Source of the DNA: a virus
DNA length: 64,000 nt
Virus record (IMG/VR): IMGVR_UViG_3300042261_001653
Coordinates: 3,826-67,825 of that record
Strand: one strand, 5' to 3'
Positions within the stretch are counted from its first letter, which is position 1; every line of letters starts with the position of its first letter. Below the pieces are notes generated by a model. It worked only from the letters and a program-made list of their open reading frames with translations. It was not told the DNA's origin and did no database searches. Made by a program: the position numbers and the translations under genes. This document shows, in pieces, positions 45,605-53,450 of the stretch.

Positions 45605-46212
45605 ATATGCTTATTTCTTTTGAAGGCAACGATGGCAGCGGCAAATCAACCGCAGCCAACCACCTCCACGACTGGTTAACTAAAGAAGGATATGAATCAG
45701 TGCTCTTTCGCGAGCCTGGCTCTACCCTGTTAGGCGAGGAACTTCGCTCTCTCTTAGTAAAGGAGACCATGGGTCTGTGTGAGGAAGCGGAGTTGTTTTT
45801 ATTTCAAGCGGCTAGAATACAGCTGATTAAAGAAAGAATTAAACCAGCTTTAGCCGCAGGAAAGATTGTAATACTCGATCGATTCTACGATTCAACTTGG
45901 GTCTATCAAGGCTACTGCCGAGGACTCGTATTAGTTGACGTAGAATTCTGTAATCGCTTAGCATCCGCGTATATTGAACCAGTGGCAACCTTCTTTTTAG
46001 ATACTCCACCTGCCCGTTGTTTGGAACGAATTAAACAACGCGGTAAAGCACCTAAAGATGAGTTGGATATTAACTGGTTAACCAAGATACACGCAGGCTA
46101 CCAAGAACTTGTGAAGCTTCATCCCAAAAGAATTAAGGTTATTAACGGAGAACAACCATTCAGTGCCGTAGACGCACAGATTCAATTGGAAGTGAAGAAG
46201 CTGATTAGCTAA
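45598..46212 (+). CDS. tmk: Thymidylate kinase
   Basis: ISFEGNDGSGKST, REPG, LFQAAR, DRFYDS..YQG. Confidence 0.95.
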   Translation: MTNMLISFEGNDGSGKSTAANHLHDWLTKEGYESVLFREPGSTLLGEELRSLLVKETMGLCEEAELFLFQAARIQLIKERIKPALAAGKIVILDRFYDSTWVYQGYCRGLVLVDVEFCNRLASAYIEPVATFFLDTPPARCLERIKQRGKAPKDELDINWLTKIHAGYQELVKLHPKRIKVINGEQPFSAVDAQIQLEVKKLIS

Positions 46213-46248
46213 AAAGAGAATCTAGTGATTCTCTGTGTAGCTGGAGGT

Positions 46249-46509
46249 CTAAGCCTCCAACAGGCAACACCTTACCTGTTTAAGGTGTTGGCGCCAAAGT
46301 ACCTCGAAGGGCTTGGCGATGATAGCCGGGGTTTTAATGCCCCGGCTTTTTATTTCAGGTAATTGCTCCGGCTTTAACCGGACTACAATTACCTTCGTAC
46401 TTTTCTTGGCTCCGTAGTCATTACGGAAGCCAGAAAAAATTAATGAAGGCCGAGGAACCTCGTGGGTTTTCACGAAGTCCTCGACCTCCACCTCTCCGGG
46501 GAGGCACAT
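46249..46509 (-). CDS. Hypothetical protein
   Basis: Follows small TM ORF; ends before hairpin + T5-AGCT. Confidence 0.5.
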   Translation of the reverse strand: MCLPGEVEVEDFVKTHEVPRPSLIFSGFRNDYGAKKSTKVIVVRLKPEQLPEIKSRGIKTPAIIAKPFEVLWRQHLKQVRCCLLEA

Positions 46510-46510
46510 A

Positions 46511-46609
46511 TTAAAAGGCCGCCAAAAGCAGCCAAATGATGCACACCCCGCCGAGGGTTAACCCCATACCAATGAGGTCAACCACCGTAGTAGATAAGCT
46601 ATTTTTCAT
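46511..46609 (-). CDS. 32-aa single-TM protein (leaderless)
   Basis: MKNSLSTTVVDLIGMGLTLGGVCIIWLLLAAF just after GGTATAATAATACGC. Confidence 0.5.
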   Translation of the reverse strand: MKNSLSTTVVDLIGMGLTLGGVCIIWLLLAAF

Positions 46610-46734
46610 GGCGTATTATTATACCAACCAATACGCTTCAATATTCGCCCGGGCCTTAATCCATATCGAATGGCTTACTCCTTAGGCTAATCAATAGCAT
46701 TAACAAAAATACTATTGCCACCACCAGCTTGGGA

Positions 46735-47400
46735 TCAACTGACATTTGCGGGTCCTTTAACTACATCTAGTCCAACCCCAATTGAGGCTGTACCACCCGC
46801 AGCAGCTACAGATGCGGCAGCTGCACGAGCAACCACATCGAGTAGATTGTTGAGCTGTAAGAAAAGGTACTTACATGCCTCCTCTTTACCCATGCCAGGA
46901 TTAGCTTCCTGTATGATAGAAACCAACTTAGGCATATCTTCAATTGGAACATTTTTGCACGCTTGTTCCAACTCATCCGCCAACCCCAACTTCACTGTTT
47001 CTTCAAACACTTCAGACCTTTCTTCACAATGGTTGATTATGTCCATGATCGGACTTTTTACGCTGCGCAATTCCTTGATCAATTTGGTCAAGGCACAGCC
47101 AATGCCCACATACCTACAGAATGCATCGTTGCGACTACAATTTGCTGTAGCTGCCGCAACGAAGTTATCTTTTGGATCGAACAACTCTAATGTTGTACTG
47201 CCACCTTTGCACAGCAGATTTGACAAATCTACATCTGCTGTTTCATATTTGGCCCTGAGTACGTACTGTACTTGGCCGTTTACCAGTTTCGCATAACATC
47301 TCCTATGAGTTATGCGAATATTGTACCCTTCGAGTTTCAACGCCTCGAACCGAGGTTGAACGTAATCTAACACTGATTTCTTTTTCTCTTGGGCATCCAT
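46735..47400 (-). CDS. Hypothetical protein; N-terminal domain resembles small phage A.C...D.F...G...AL family
   Basis: KGGSTT....ATANCSRNDAFCRYVGIGCAL. Confidence 0.6.
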   Translation of the reverse strand: MDAQEKKKSVLDYVQPRFEALKLEGYNIRITHRRCYAKLVNGQVQYVLRAKYETADVDLSNLLCKGGSTTLELFDPKDNFVAAATANCSRNDAFCRYVGIGCALTKLIKELRSVKSPIMDIINHCEERSEVFEETVKLGLADELEQACKNVPIEDMPKLVSIIQEANPGMGKEEACKYLFLQLNNLLDVVARAAAASVAAAGGTASIGVGLDVVKGPANVS

Positions 47401-47501
47401 TTTTTTTTAACTATGTTTGACATGTGAGTCCAACGTGAAATTGGGTGTCAGCACAATTCCACTTTTGCGCCATTGGACTGGAATAACCGCGACCCCAGCA
47501 A

Positions 47502-47535
47502 AAATAAAAAAGGAGACCTTACTCAAGGGTCTCCC
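47502..47535 (-). terminator. Intrinsic terminator after tmRNA
   Basis: GGGAGACCCTTGAGTAAGGTCTCC-TTTTTTATTTT. Confidence 0.8.
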
Positions 47536-47556
47536 AAAACAACTACACTAACAAAT

Positions 47557-47976
47557 TGGTGGATGCGACCGGGGGTTGCACCCGGTGTCCATACGACTTA
47601 ATCTGCCTTCACTACAATCTTAGTTTATTTTTATCTCGGAAAATCTAGTTAATAAACAAACTGTGTATTTTCCTAGTTGCTTAAGTTTCGGTTAGCCAAT
47701 CACAACACTTAGCACCTACATCTGTTAAAATGACGGAGATAAAAAATAACAGGTACTTTATTATCTACGGGCAGTAACTCAAGCTACTGCGACTTGGGAG
47801 TTTGTTACTTCCTGAGGAAAGAACACGCCGTCTACCTCATGCATCGCAACAAAACTAACCTTCTCTGGATTATAAGAGTTGGCATTTGATTTTCGATCAC
47901 CTTTTAACGAGGCCAAGTGATCAACCTCGGATTGCGAAGTACAAATGCTCATCGTGTGTCGAATCTACACGCACCC
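47557..47976 (-). ncRNA. ssrA: tmRNA (420 nt)
   Basis: 5' GGGTGCG...ATTCGAC; acceptor stem with G3:U; 3' GGAC-ACCGGG-TGCAACC-CCCGGT-CGCATCC-ACCA; resume GCC at 47883, tag ANSYNPEKVSFVAMHEVDGVFFPQEVTNSQVAVA*. Confidence 0.92.
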
Positions 47977-48000
47977 ATAAAAAAGAGTTTAATTAAAGTC

Positions 48001-48147
48001 TCAGAAAAAAGCAACAGCGGCGATTAAAGCTAAAAAAAGAATCGCGATAGCTATTAACGTGTTTCCACCTGTATGGTGATGCTTAGGCTGTATAGTATAA
48101 ATTGGTTGAAAAGCTAACGTGTTAACCCAGAAGTATTTAGACTTCAT
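48001..48147 (-). CDS. 48-aa protein with C-terminal TM helix
   Basis: MKSKYFWVNTLAFQPIYTIQPKHHHTGGNTLIAIAILFLALIAAVAFF; ATGA overlap with upstream stop. Confidence 0.5.
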   Translation of the reverse strand: MKSKYFWVNTLAFQPIYTIQPKHHHTGGNTLIAIAILFLALIAAVAFF

Positions 48148-48266
48148 TTAACCCTCTTGGTTTGGGTTACAGCTAGCTTTGAATCTGTGTAAACAATATA
48201 ACCTATTAGCGTTATATTAATCGCCAATAGGACAATCAGCCATTTTTCGAATTTTGTGAATTTCAT
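48144..48266 (-). CDS. 40-aa single-TM protein
   Basis: MKFTKFEKWLIVLLAINITLIGYIVYTDSKLAVTQTKRVK. Confidence 0.5.
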   Translation of the reverse strand: MKFTKFEKWLIVLLAINITLIGYIVYTDSKLAVTQTKRVK

Positions 48267-48406
48267 TGGTTAAAAAAAAGCTTCGAAATCCTTGGTTTAT
48301 TTTTGAGGTTTACCAAGGGTTAATCTTCTCTCAGTTAATTATACCAATTTCCATAGGTTAAAAAAAGAGGGGAGTATAACAGCTCCCCTGCCTTTAGACC
48401 TCCTTT

Positions 48407-48562
48407 CTAGTTTAAGTATTCCCACTTCCCGTTGGAATACCTATAATAATCCTGGGCGCCGGTTAACCCAGGTTTTTTTACGATATCCCCATTTCTGGGG
48501 CCGGTACTAGTGGGATTACAACCGCATAATCCCACCAAGAAAAACATGATCAACCACCTCAT
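48407..48562 (-). CDS. 51-aa lipoprotein
   Basis: MRWLIMFFLVGLCGC lipobox; bounded by promoter motif 48601-48616 and GGGGAG..CTCCCC-T7-AACC terminator. Confidence 0.55.
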   Translation of the reverse strand: MRWLIMFFLVGLCGCNPTSTGPRNGDIVKKPGLTGAQDYYRYSNGKWEYLN

Positions 48563-48641
48563 TGTGTTCTTTCTACTGCCGAGCTACGAGCCAAGCGGGT
48601 TTCAATTAATTATACCTCTATCTGACTGACAAAAATAAATA

Positions 48642-48667
48642 GGGCCTAGAACGTTAATCCTAGGCCC
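48642..48667. terminator. GGCCTAG-family hairpin
   Basis: GGGCCTAG-AACGTTAATC-CTAGGCCC downstream of Hsp20. Confidence 0.65.
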
Positions 48668-48694
48668 ATCGTAGTTAATAGCTAAAAATAAAGA

Positions 48695-49069
48695 TTATCC
48701 TGAAATAGGGATTTTCCTTATCTGATTGATTTCTTCCTTGGACTTCTTAAACGTAATCGTAAGTACGCCATTTTCCAATTTACAGGTAGCCGTATTTTCA
48801 TCTACCTCGGTTTCAAGCGTTACTGACTTGTTTATCTTACGTGTTTTGCTTTCACCCTTTACCGTAACCGTATTACTGTCCTTATCAAAACTAATCTCGA
48901 TTTGCTCTTTGGTTAAGCCTGGAACATCGAAATTAATTTCCAGATCAGTTTCACGGTATTCGGTGTTAATACCTAGATCCCAGCTTTTGAACGTCGGAAC
49001 GCAAGAAAACAAGCGATCCATGAAGGTGCCGAGATCTTGGTTACGTTGATTGTATTTAACTAATTGCAT
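48695..49069 (-). CDS. Small heat-shock protein (Hsp20)
   Basis: DVPGLTKEQIEI, A..ENGVLTI, C-terminal IPI; TTGACA-N16-TATAAT promoter and AGAAAGGA SD. Confidence 0.9.
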   Translation of the reverse strand: MQLVKYNQRNQDLGTFMDRLFSCVPTFKSWDLGINTEYRETDLEINFDVPGLTKEQIEISFDKDSNTVTVKGESKTRKINKSVTLETEVDENTATCKLENGVLTITFKKSKEEINQIRKIPISG

Positions 49070-49144
49070 CGTTTATTTCCTTTCTATTGTTAAGGGTTCA
49101 AAAAAAATTATAGCAAATTTTAAAAGTGTGTCAATATGTCGCAC

Positions 49145-49405
49145 TTAATATCTGCAACATCCTGCACCGCAATCACAAAGCGCTGGTGGAGGTGTCAGCC
49201 ACTTAACATTTTCTCCCAGTGGCACTCCACTCCGCCTAAACTCCTGGCGTTCGTTAAATCCGTCTTCGTAGCCTTGGCTGTAAGCTTCATTAATCCTGGC
49301 CGCCAATAAATCGAATAATTGCTTATTGCGATCAAGCACTTCTTCTTTTTTAGGCCGTAGCTCTTCCAGCATTTTCTTTAGTTTTTCGATATCGATGTCA
49401 TTCAT
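49145..49405 (-). CDS. Hypothetical protein
   Basis: AYSQGYEDGF, Cys-rich tail; ATG 49405. Confidence 0.5.
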   Translation of the reverse strand: MNDIDIEKLKKMLEELRPKKEEVLDRNKQLFDLLAARINEAYSQGYEDGFNERQEFRRSGVPLGENVKWLTPPPALCDCGAGCCRY

Positions 49406-49409
49406 AGTT

Positions 49410-49598
49410 TTACTTTCCGTTTTCGATACTCTCAAAAGAAATGTCCGGTGGCAAGTCTTTCGATTGAGTAAATTTTACATCGACGATCTGCACTCCTTCA
49501 GCAGCGTCTCCTTCAGTCACCAAACATGGACCAGTAAAAAATCCAGTTTTACCGTTACTCAGCGTTACGTATATTGATTGATAGCGTTTCGTATCCAT
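49410..49598 (-). CDS. Hypothetical protein (leaderless)
   Basis: TTGACA-N16-TATGTT-N6-ATG. Confidence 0.6.
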   Translation of the reverse strand: MDTKRYQSIYVTLSNGKTGFFTGPCLVTEGDAAEGVQIVDVKFTQSKDLPPDISFESIENGK

Positions 49599-49707
49599 GA
49601 AGACAACATACCCGCTAACTTTGCTTTGTCAATGCTGTGCCGTATTTTTTGGAGATTTGTTATTTTGCTGGACTCAAGCGGTACAAAAGCGTAAAACGTA
49701 TTTTGCA

Positions 49708-50904
49708 ATGATCAAAAGCGCAAAAGTAACACTGAAATATTCCAACGCAAATAAATTGGAAAATATCGCGTTATTTGTTGCGGAATACCGTAGAGTATTT
49801 TCTTTTTTTGTGGATGCCTTGTGGCAGGCGACAGATATTCCTGCATTATTGCCTAAAGAATGGACAAGTCGAGTAACTGACAGCTGGCTATCTGCGGCAG
49901 CGATACAATGCGCAGGAAAACAGGCAAGTGGCGTTGTCCGAGGATGTAAGAAAAAACAAGCCAAACGTTTGTGGCAAATAAATAAATTTAAAGCCGAAGG
50001 ACAATTTAAAAAAGCGCGTAAGCTGCAATGTATTTACGCTTCAATTAAACTTTCCAAACCTAGCGTGGTCGTAGTTAATCCTGACTTAGACTCTCGCTTT
50101 ATTATAATTAACACTACCGCCACAAATTCTTTTGATGGCTGGGTTACCTTAAAAGGATTAGGAAATAAACTAAAGATAACTGTTCCATTTAAAAAACATA
50201 AGCATTTCAACAAAATGCTTGCGGCTGGCACTTTAAAAAAAGGACTTAGACTTTCAACAACTGCGTTGATACTGATGTTCGATTTGCCGGACCCAATACA
50301 AAGGACAGACGGAAAACGAATCGGAATAGATATAGGTCAAATAGCCGCCTTAACTTGTTCAGATGGCCAGGCTGTTGAAGCTGATAAACATGGGCACACT
50401 TACCAATCCATTTGCAATAAATTGGCTCGTAAGAAAAGAGGAAGTAAAAATTTTAAACAGACCGAAAGACATAGATCAAATTATCTACGCTGGGCCGTCA
50501 ACCAGTTAGACCTTCAAGGTGTAAAAGAAGTTAACTTGGAGAACATCAAGCAGTTACGAAAAGGTAAACGAACCAATCGCTTGATGTCTCATTGGAATTA
50601 CGCCGAACTTTTTGATGTGTTGGAATCAAAACTTAGTGATGCTGGTGTCCAGATAAACAAAGTTTCTTCCACATATACAAGTCAAAGATGTTCGGTATGT
50701 GGTTGGGTTCGGAAAGGAAACCGTAAAGGAAAGTTGTTCAAATGTGATAAATGCTCGTTTGAGTGTGATGCGGATTTGAACGGTTCCTTGAACATTTCTT
50801 TTGATCTTCCTCCGATAACAAAGGAAGAGCGATTGCGGCAAGCCAATAGGAAAGGCTTCTATTGGAATGCTGCAAGTGAGGCACTTACAGTTCCTCATGC
50901 CTAA
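49708..50904 (+). CDS. tnpB: TnpB-family RNA-guided RuvC nuclease, no adjacent transposase
   Basis: RuvC-I GIDIG, RuvC-II NLEN, YTSQRCSVCG..FKCDKC zinc finger, RuvC-III DADLNGSLNI. Confidence 0.9.
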   Translation: MIKSAKVTLKYSNANKLENIALFVAEYRRVFSFFVDALWQATDIPALLPKEWTSRVTDSWLSAAAIQCAGKQASGVVRGCKKKQAKRLWQINKFKAEGQFKKARKLQCIYASIKLSKPSVVVVNPDLDSRFIIINTTATNSFDGWVTLKGLGNKLKITVPFKKHKHFNKMLAAGTLKKGLRLSTTALILMFDLPDPIQRTDGKRIGIDIGQIAALTCSDGQAVEADKHGHTYQSICNKLARKKRGSKNFKQTERHRSNYLRWAVNQLDLQGVKEVNLENIKQLRKGKRTNRLMSHWNYAELFDVLESKLSDAGVQINKVSSTYTSQRCSVCGWVRKGNRKGKLFKCDKCSFECDADLNGSLNISFDLPPITKEERLRQANRKGFYWNAASEALTVPHA

Positions 50905-51095
50905 AAAAAGCAACGATCAGCCTGTGTGCGTTAAATGCGGACCACGAGGCTTCGTTCTGACTGTGGCGGGTTTCAAAATACCCACACTGACGAGCAACTG
51001 TAAACTTCCAGTCAATTTTAATTTGTCAAACTTGCTTCTAATTAAGCCACATGCTAAGATAAAAACAGAACAAATCACAGAAAGAAAAATAAAAT

Positions 51096-51524
51096 ATGGC
51101 GGGTTTTAAAATGAACGCTTTAATCACCCAGTTGTTTACTCACTGGTCTGGTTCTACACAGCTTCCCAAGGCTTCCGGCGGCACTACCGCACTCTACGTT
51201 GGCTTGATGACCGTGGCTACAGATACGGCTGCCACAATTACGGCCTCGTCAGTTGGTAACGTTTCAGAAGCTACCTATTCAGGGTATGCCCGTATTCAGG
51301 GCGCTTGGACAGCTAATGGAACCACCAATCTACGTAATAATGCTGAAATTTCCTTTACGGCTGTCGCCGGCTCAACCGTATATGTCTGCGGTATTGGCCT
51401 GTATGACGCAGCCACTAACGGCAATCTTCTATACTACGGACCACTAACCGGTGGCAATAAAACTATTCTCGTTGGTGATACTCCTAAGATTTCCGTTAAC
51501 GCCCTTACCTTGGCCGAGACCTAA
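51096..51524 (+). CDS. Phage minor tail/tail-fibre-associated protein
   Basis: LYVGL.T, EA..SGYAR, N...ISF, GLYDAATNGNLL.YG.L..KTI..GD. Confidence 0.7.
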   Translation: MAGFKMNALITQLFTHWSGSTQLPKASGGTTALYVGLMTVATDTAATITASSVGNVSEATYSGYARIQGAWTANGTTNLRNNAEISFTAVAGSTVYVCGIGLYDAATNGNLLYYGPLTGGNKTILVGDTPKISVNALTLAET

Positions 51525-51613
51525 TTCAAGGTAGATGGACGATTCGGTGATTTTAAATAAAAGCGTCAGTAAAGGGCGTGGCATTATCGCGCCCAATTTA
51601 AATATTTCTTAAC

Positions 51614-53449
51614 ATGGCAATTTACTACGTAAGTCCTTACGGCGATGATACAAATACTGGCGCTACGAAACATCCGACCGTTGCCGGAGGTGCTGGACCT
51701 TGGAGAACGGTAAAGAAAGCCTTAGAAACTGGCGCTTTAGCTGCAGGAGATACGGTTTATATTGCACCTGGGGATTATGGTGGGACGATTACCGTAATTT
51801 ACTCCGGAGCTAATGGAAATGTTATAAGTATTCTAGGTGATCCCAGAAATGAACAAGGCTTTACTACAGACGGGACTACGTTAATTAAACCCGGAATTTG
51901 TATGCTAATTCCGGGAACTAGCCGATTCTCCTCTTTTACGGCAACATCTCGGTTAGTAAATCTCGCAGGATACGCCTATATTACATTTAAAAATCTATTT
52001 TTTAACTTTGCTGTTTATAGCACCAGCTATACCACATTTGAAAGTTCGATAGGTGATAGCGTAGGTATAACGCTCGACAATTGCTGTTTCTTTGGAGGAA
52101 GAAATGCTATATCTATAACTTCTACCGCAGCAGCCCCAACAATGAATTGGGAAATAAAAAATTGTATAGTGCACGCTTGTGCTTCCGGTATTAACATAAA
52201 TCCAACACTTCCAACTGCTGATGGGTCTGTAGATATGGGGATCATTATTTCTAACTGTAGAGTATATGGTGGAACAGTAGCAATTACTATTTCTCAATCA
52301 AACAGTACAACAAAAGGAAACGGAGGAGTCACCGTAAATAATTGCACGTTATACGGTGCTATCGCACTTTCAACGCAAACGAATACCTATGTTGGGACGT
52401 ATAAACTCACAGCGAATAATTGTGTCATGTGGCCCACTGGTACAAACTCGGTTATTAGCGCAGCGGCGACAGGACAAATAGTAACAAATAACTGCTACTA
52501 TCAAGGTGCGCTAGCGAACCATACTAAATCAATGAACGACGTTTCACTCAGTGGAGCGTCAATAGCTGCAGATTTATTTATTACCCCAGAACTCGGTCAA
52601 ACACAATTATGGGGTTTGAATATCAAACCTTTTTTGACCCCCTTAGGTTTACCAGGTACCGGCGCCTGCAACACTAATCCAGCAAGTTTAACTACTGACT
52701 TATTAAATAGACCTAGGCCTGCTGGTGGCGGAGTAAAACCATATGTTGGTACCGTGGCAGATACCACCAAAGGCACAGGTGCTTATACAACTGGCACAGT
52801 TTCCAGTGCTACGGCTACAACTTTAACTATAGGCAGTGCAACTTGGACAACTGACGCCTATATAGGTAAAAAAGTAAAAATTCTAACGAGTGCTGCTTCG
52901 CCAACATTAGTAGGCGCTGTTAGATGGATCAGTTCGAATACTTCCACTACATTAACGGTTACGCCTTCCTTTGATTATACGAACGTAGGTGCCGCCGGTT
53001 ATCCACAAGCCAACGATACATTTGAAATTTACGATCCAGCCAAGGATATAGCGGTAGGTTGCTTTGAATTACATGATACTGGTGAAAAAAGCACGACTGT
53101 TAAAGATTCCGATTCCTATTCCATGAAATTAAAAGGACCGGGGGATCAGGAAATAAAAATACCTGTGTTAGCTGGTTATACGGTAATTACGGTTAAAGGT
53201 TATTATGACTCCGGCTATACGGGAAGTTTACCTAAAGCTGAGTTGCTGGTTAATGCCTCAGTAGGTTTGGGTAATTCGTTGACTTCAAATATATATTTAA
53301 CCCGTACTATGACGGCGGCGGCCAATACTTGGGAAACTTTGACATTTAATATTTATCCTACAGCCAACGGATATATTACCCTTAGGTTAACCAATCAATC
53401 AACCACTGGTACTGGTAATGTCTATTTTGACAGCTTAAATATTTCTTAA
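51614..53449 (+). CDS. Parallel beta-helix (pectate-lyase-like) tailspike/appendage, paralog 1
   Basis: YYVS..GDD.N.G...PW.T..KA...L.AGDTVYI.PG.Y; repeated I.NC strands. Confidence 0.75.
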   Translation: MAIYYVSPYGDDTNTGATKHPTVAGGAGPWRTVKKALETGALAAGDTVYIAPGDYGGTITVIYSGANGNVISILGDPRNEQGFTTDGTTLIKPGICMLIPGTSRFSSFTATSRLVNLAGYAYITFKNLFFNFAVYSTSYTTFESSIGDSVGITLDNCCFFGGRNAISITSTAAAPTMNWEIKNCIVHACASGININPTLPTADGSVDMGIIISNCRVYGGTVAITISQSNSTTKGNGGVTVNNCTLYGAIALSTQTNTYVGTYKLTANNCVMWPTGTNSVISAAATGQIVTNNCYYQGALANHTKSMNDVSLSGASIAADLFITPELGQTQLWGLNIKPFLTPLGLPGTGACNTNPASLTTDLLNRPRPAGGGVKPYVGTVADTTKGTGAYTTGTVSSATATTLTIGSATWTTDAYIGKKVKILTSAASPTLVGAVRWISSNTSTTLTVTPSFDYTNVGAAGYPQANDTFEIYDPAKDIAVGCFELHDTGEKSTTVKDSDSYSMKLKGPGDQEIKIPVLAGYTVITVKGYYDSGYTGSLPKAELLVNASVGLGNSLTSNIYLTRTMTAAANTWETLTFNIYPTANGYITLRLTNQSTTGTGNVYFDSLNIS

Positions 53450-53450
53450 C

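Noticed and set aside
47557-47590. Stand-alone tRNA
   Set aside because: The T-arm/CCA pairs with a 5' end 420 nt away and encloses a tag frame; it is the tmRNA.
48028-48039. Another T7-AGCT terminator copy
   Set aside because: Falls inside the hydrophobic coding stretch (CTT TTT TTA GCT) of the 48-aa ORF, so not counted.
50919-50929. 11-nt match AGCCTGTGTGC between the TnpB tail and the 44-kb ncRNA (44294-44304)
   Set aside because: About one such match is expected by chance in a 64-kb window; it does not extend.
50984-50991. CTGACGAG as a hammerhead ribozyme core
   Set aside because: No properly placed GAAA strand or compatible stems.
50905-51095. CRISPR array or Cas12f locus next to the TnpB-like gene
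   Set aside because: No regularly spaced direct repeats here or elsewhere that I could see; no cas1/cas2.
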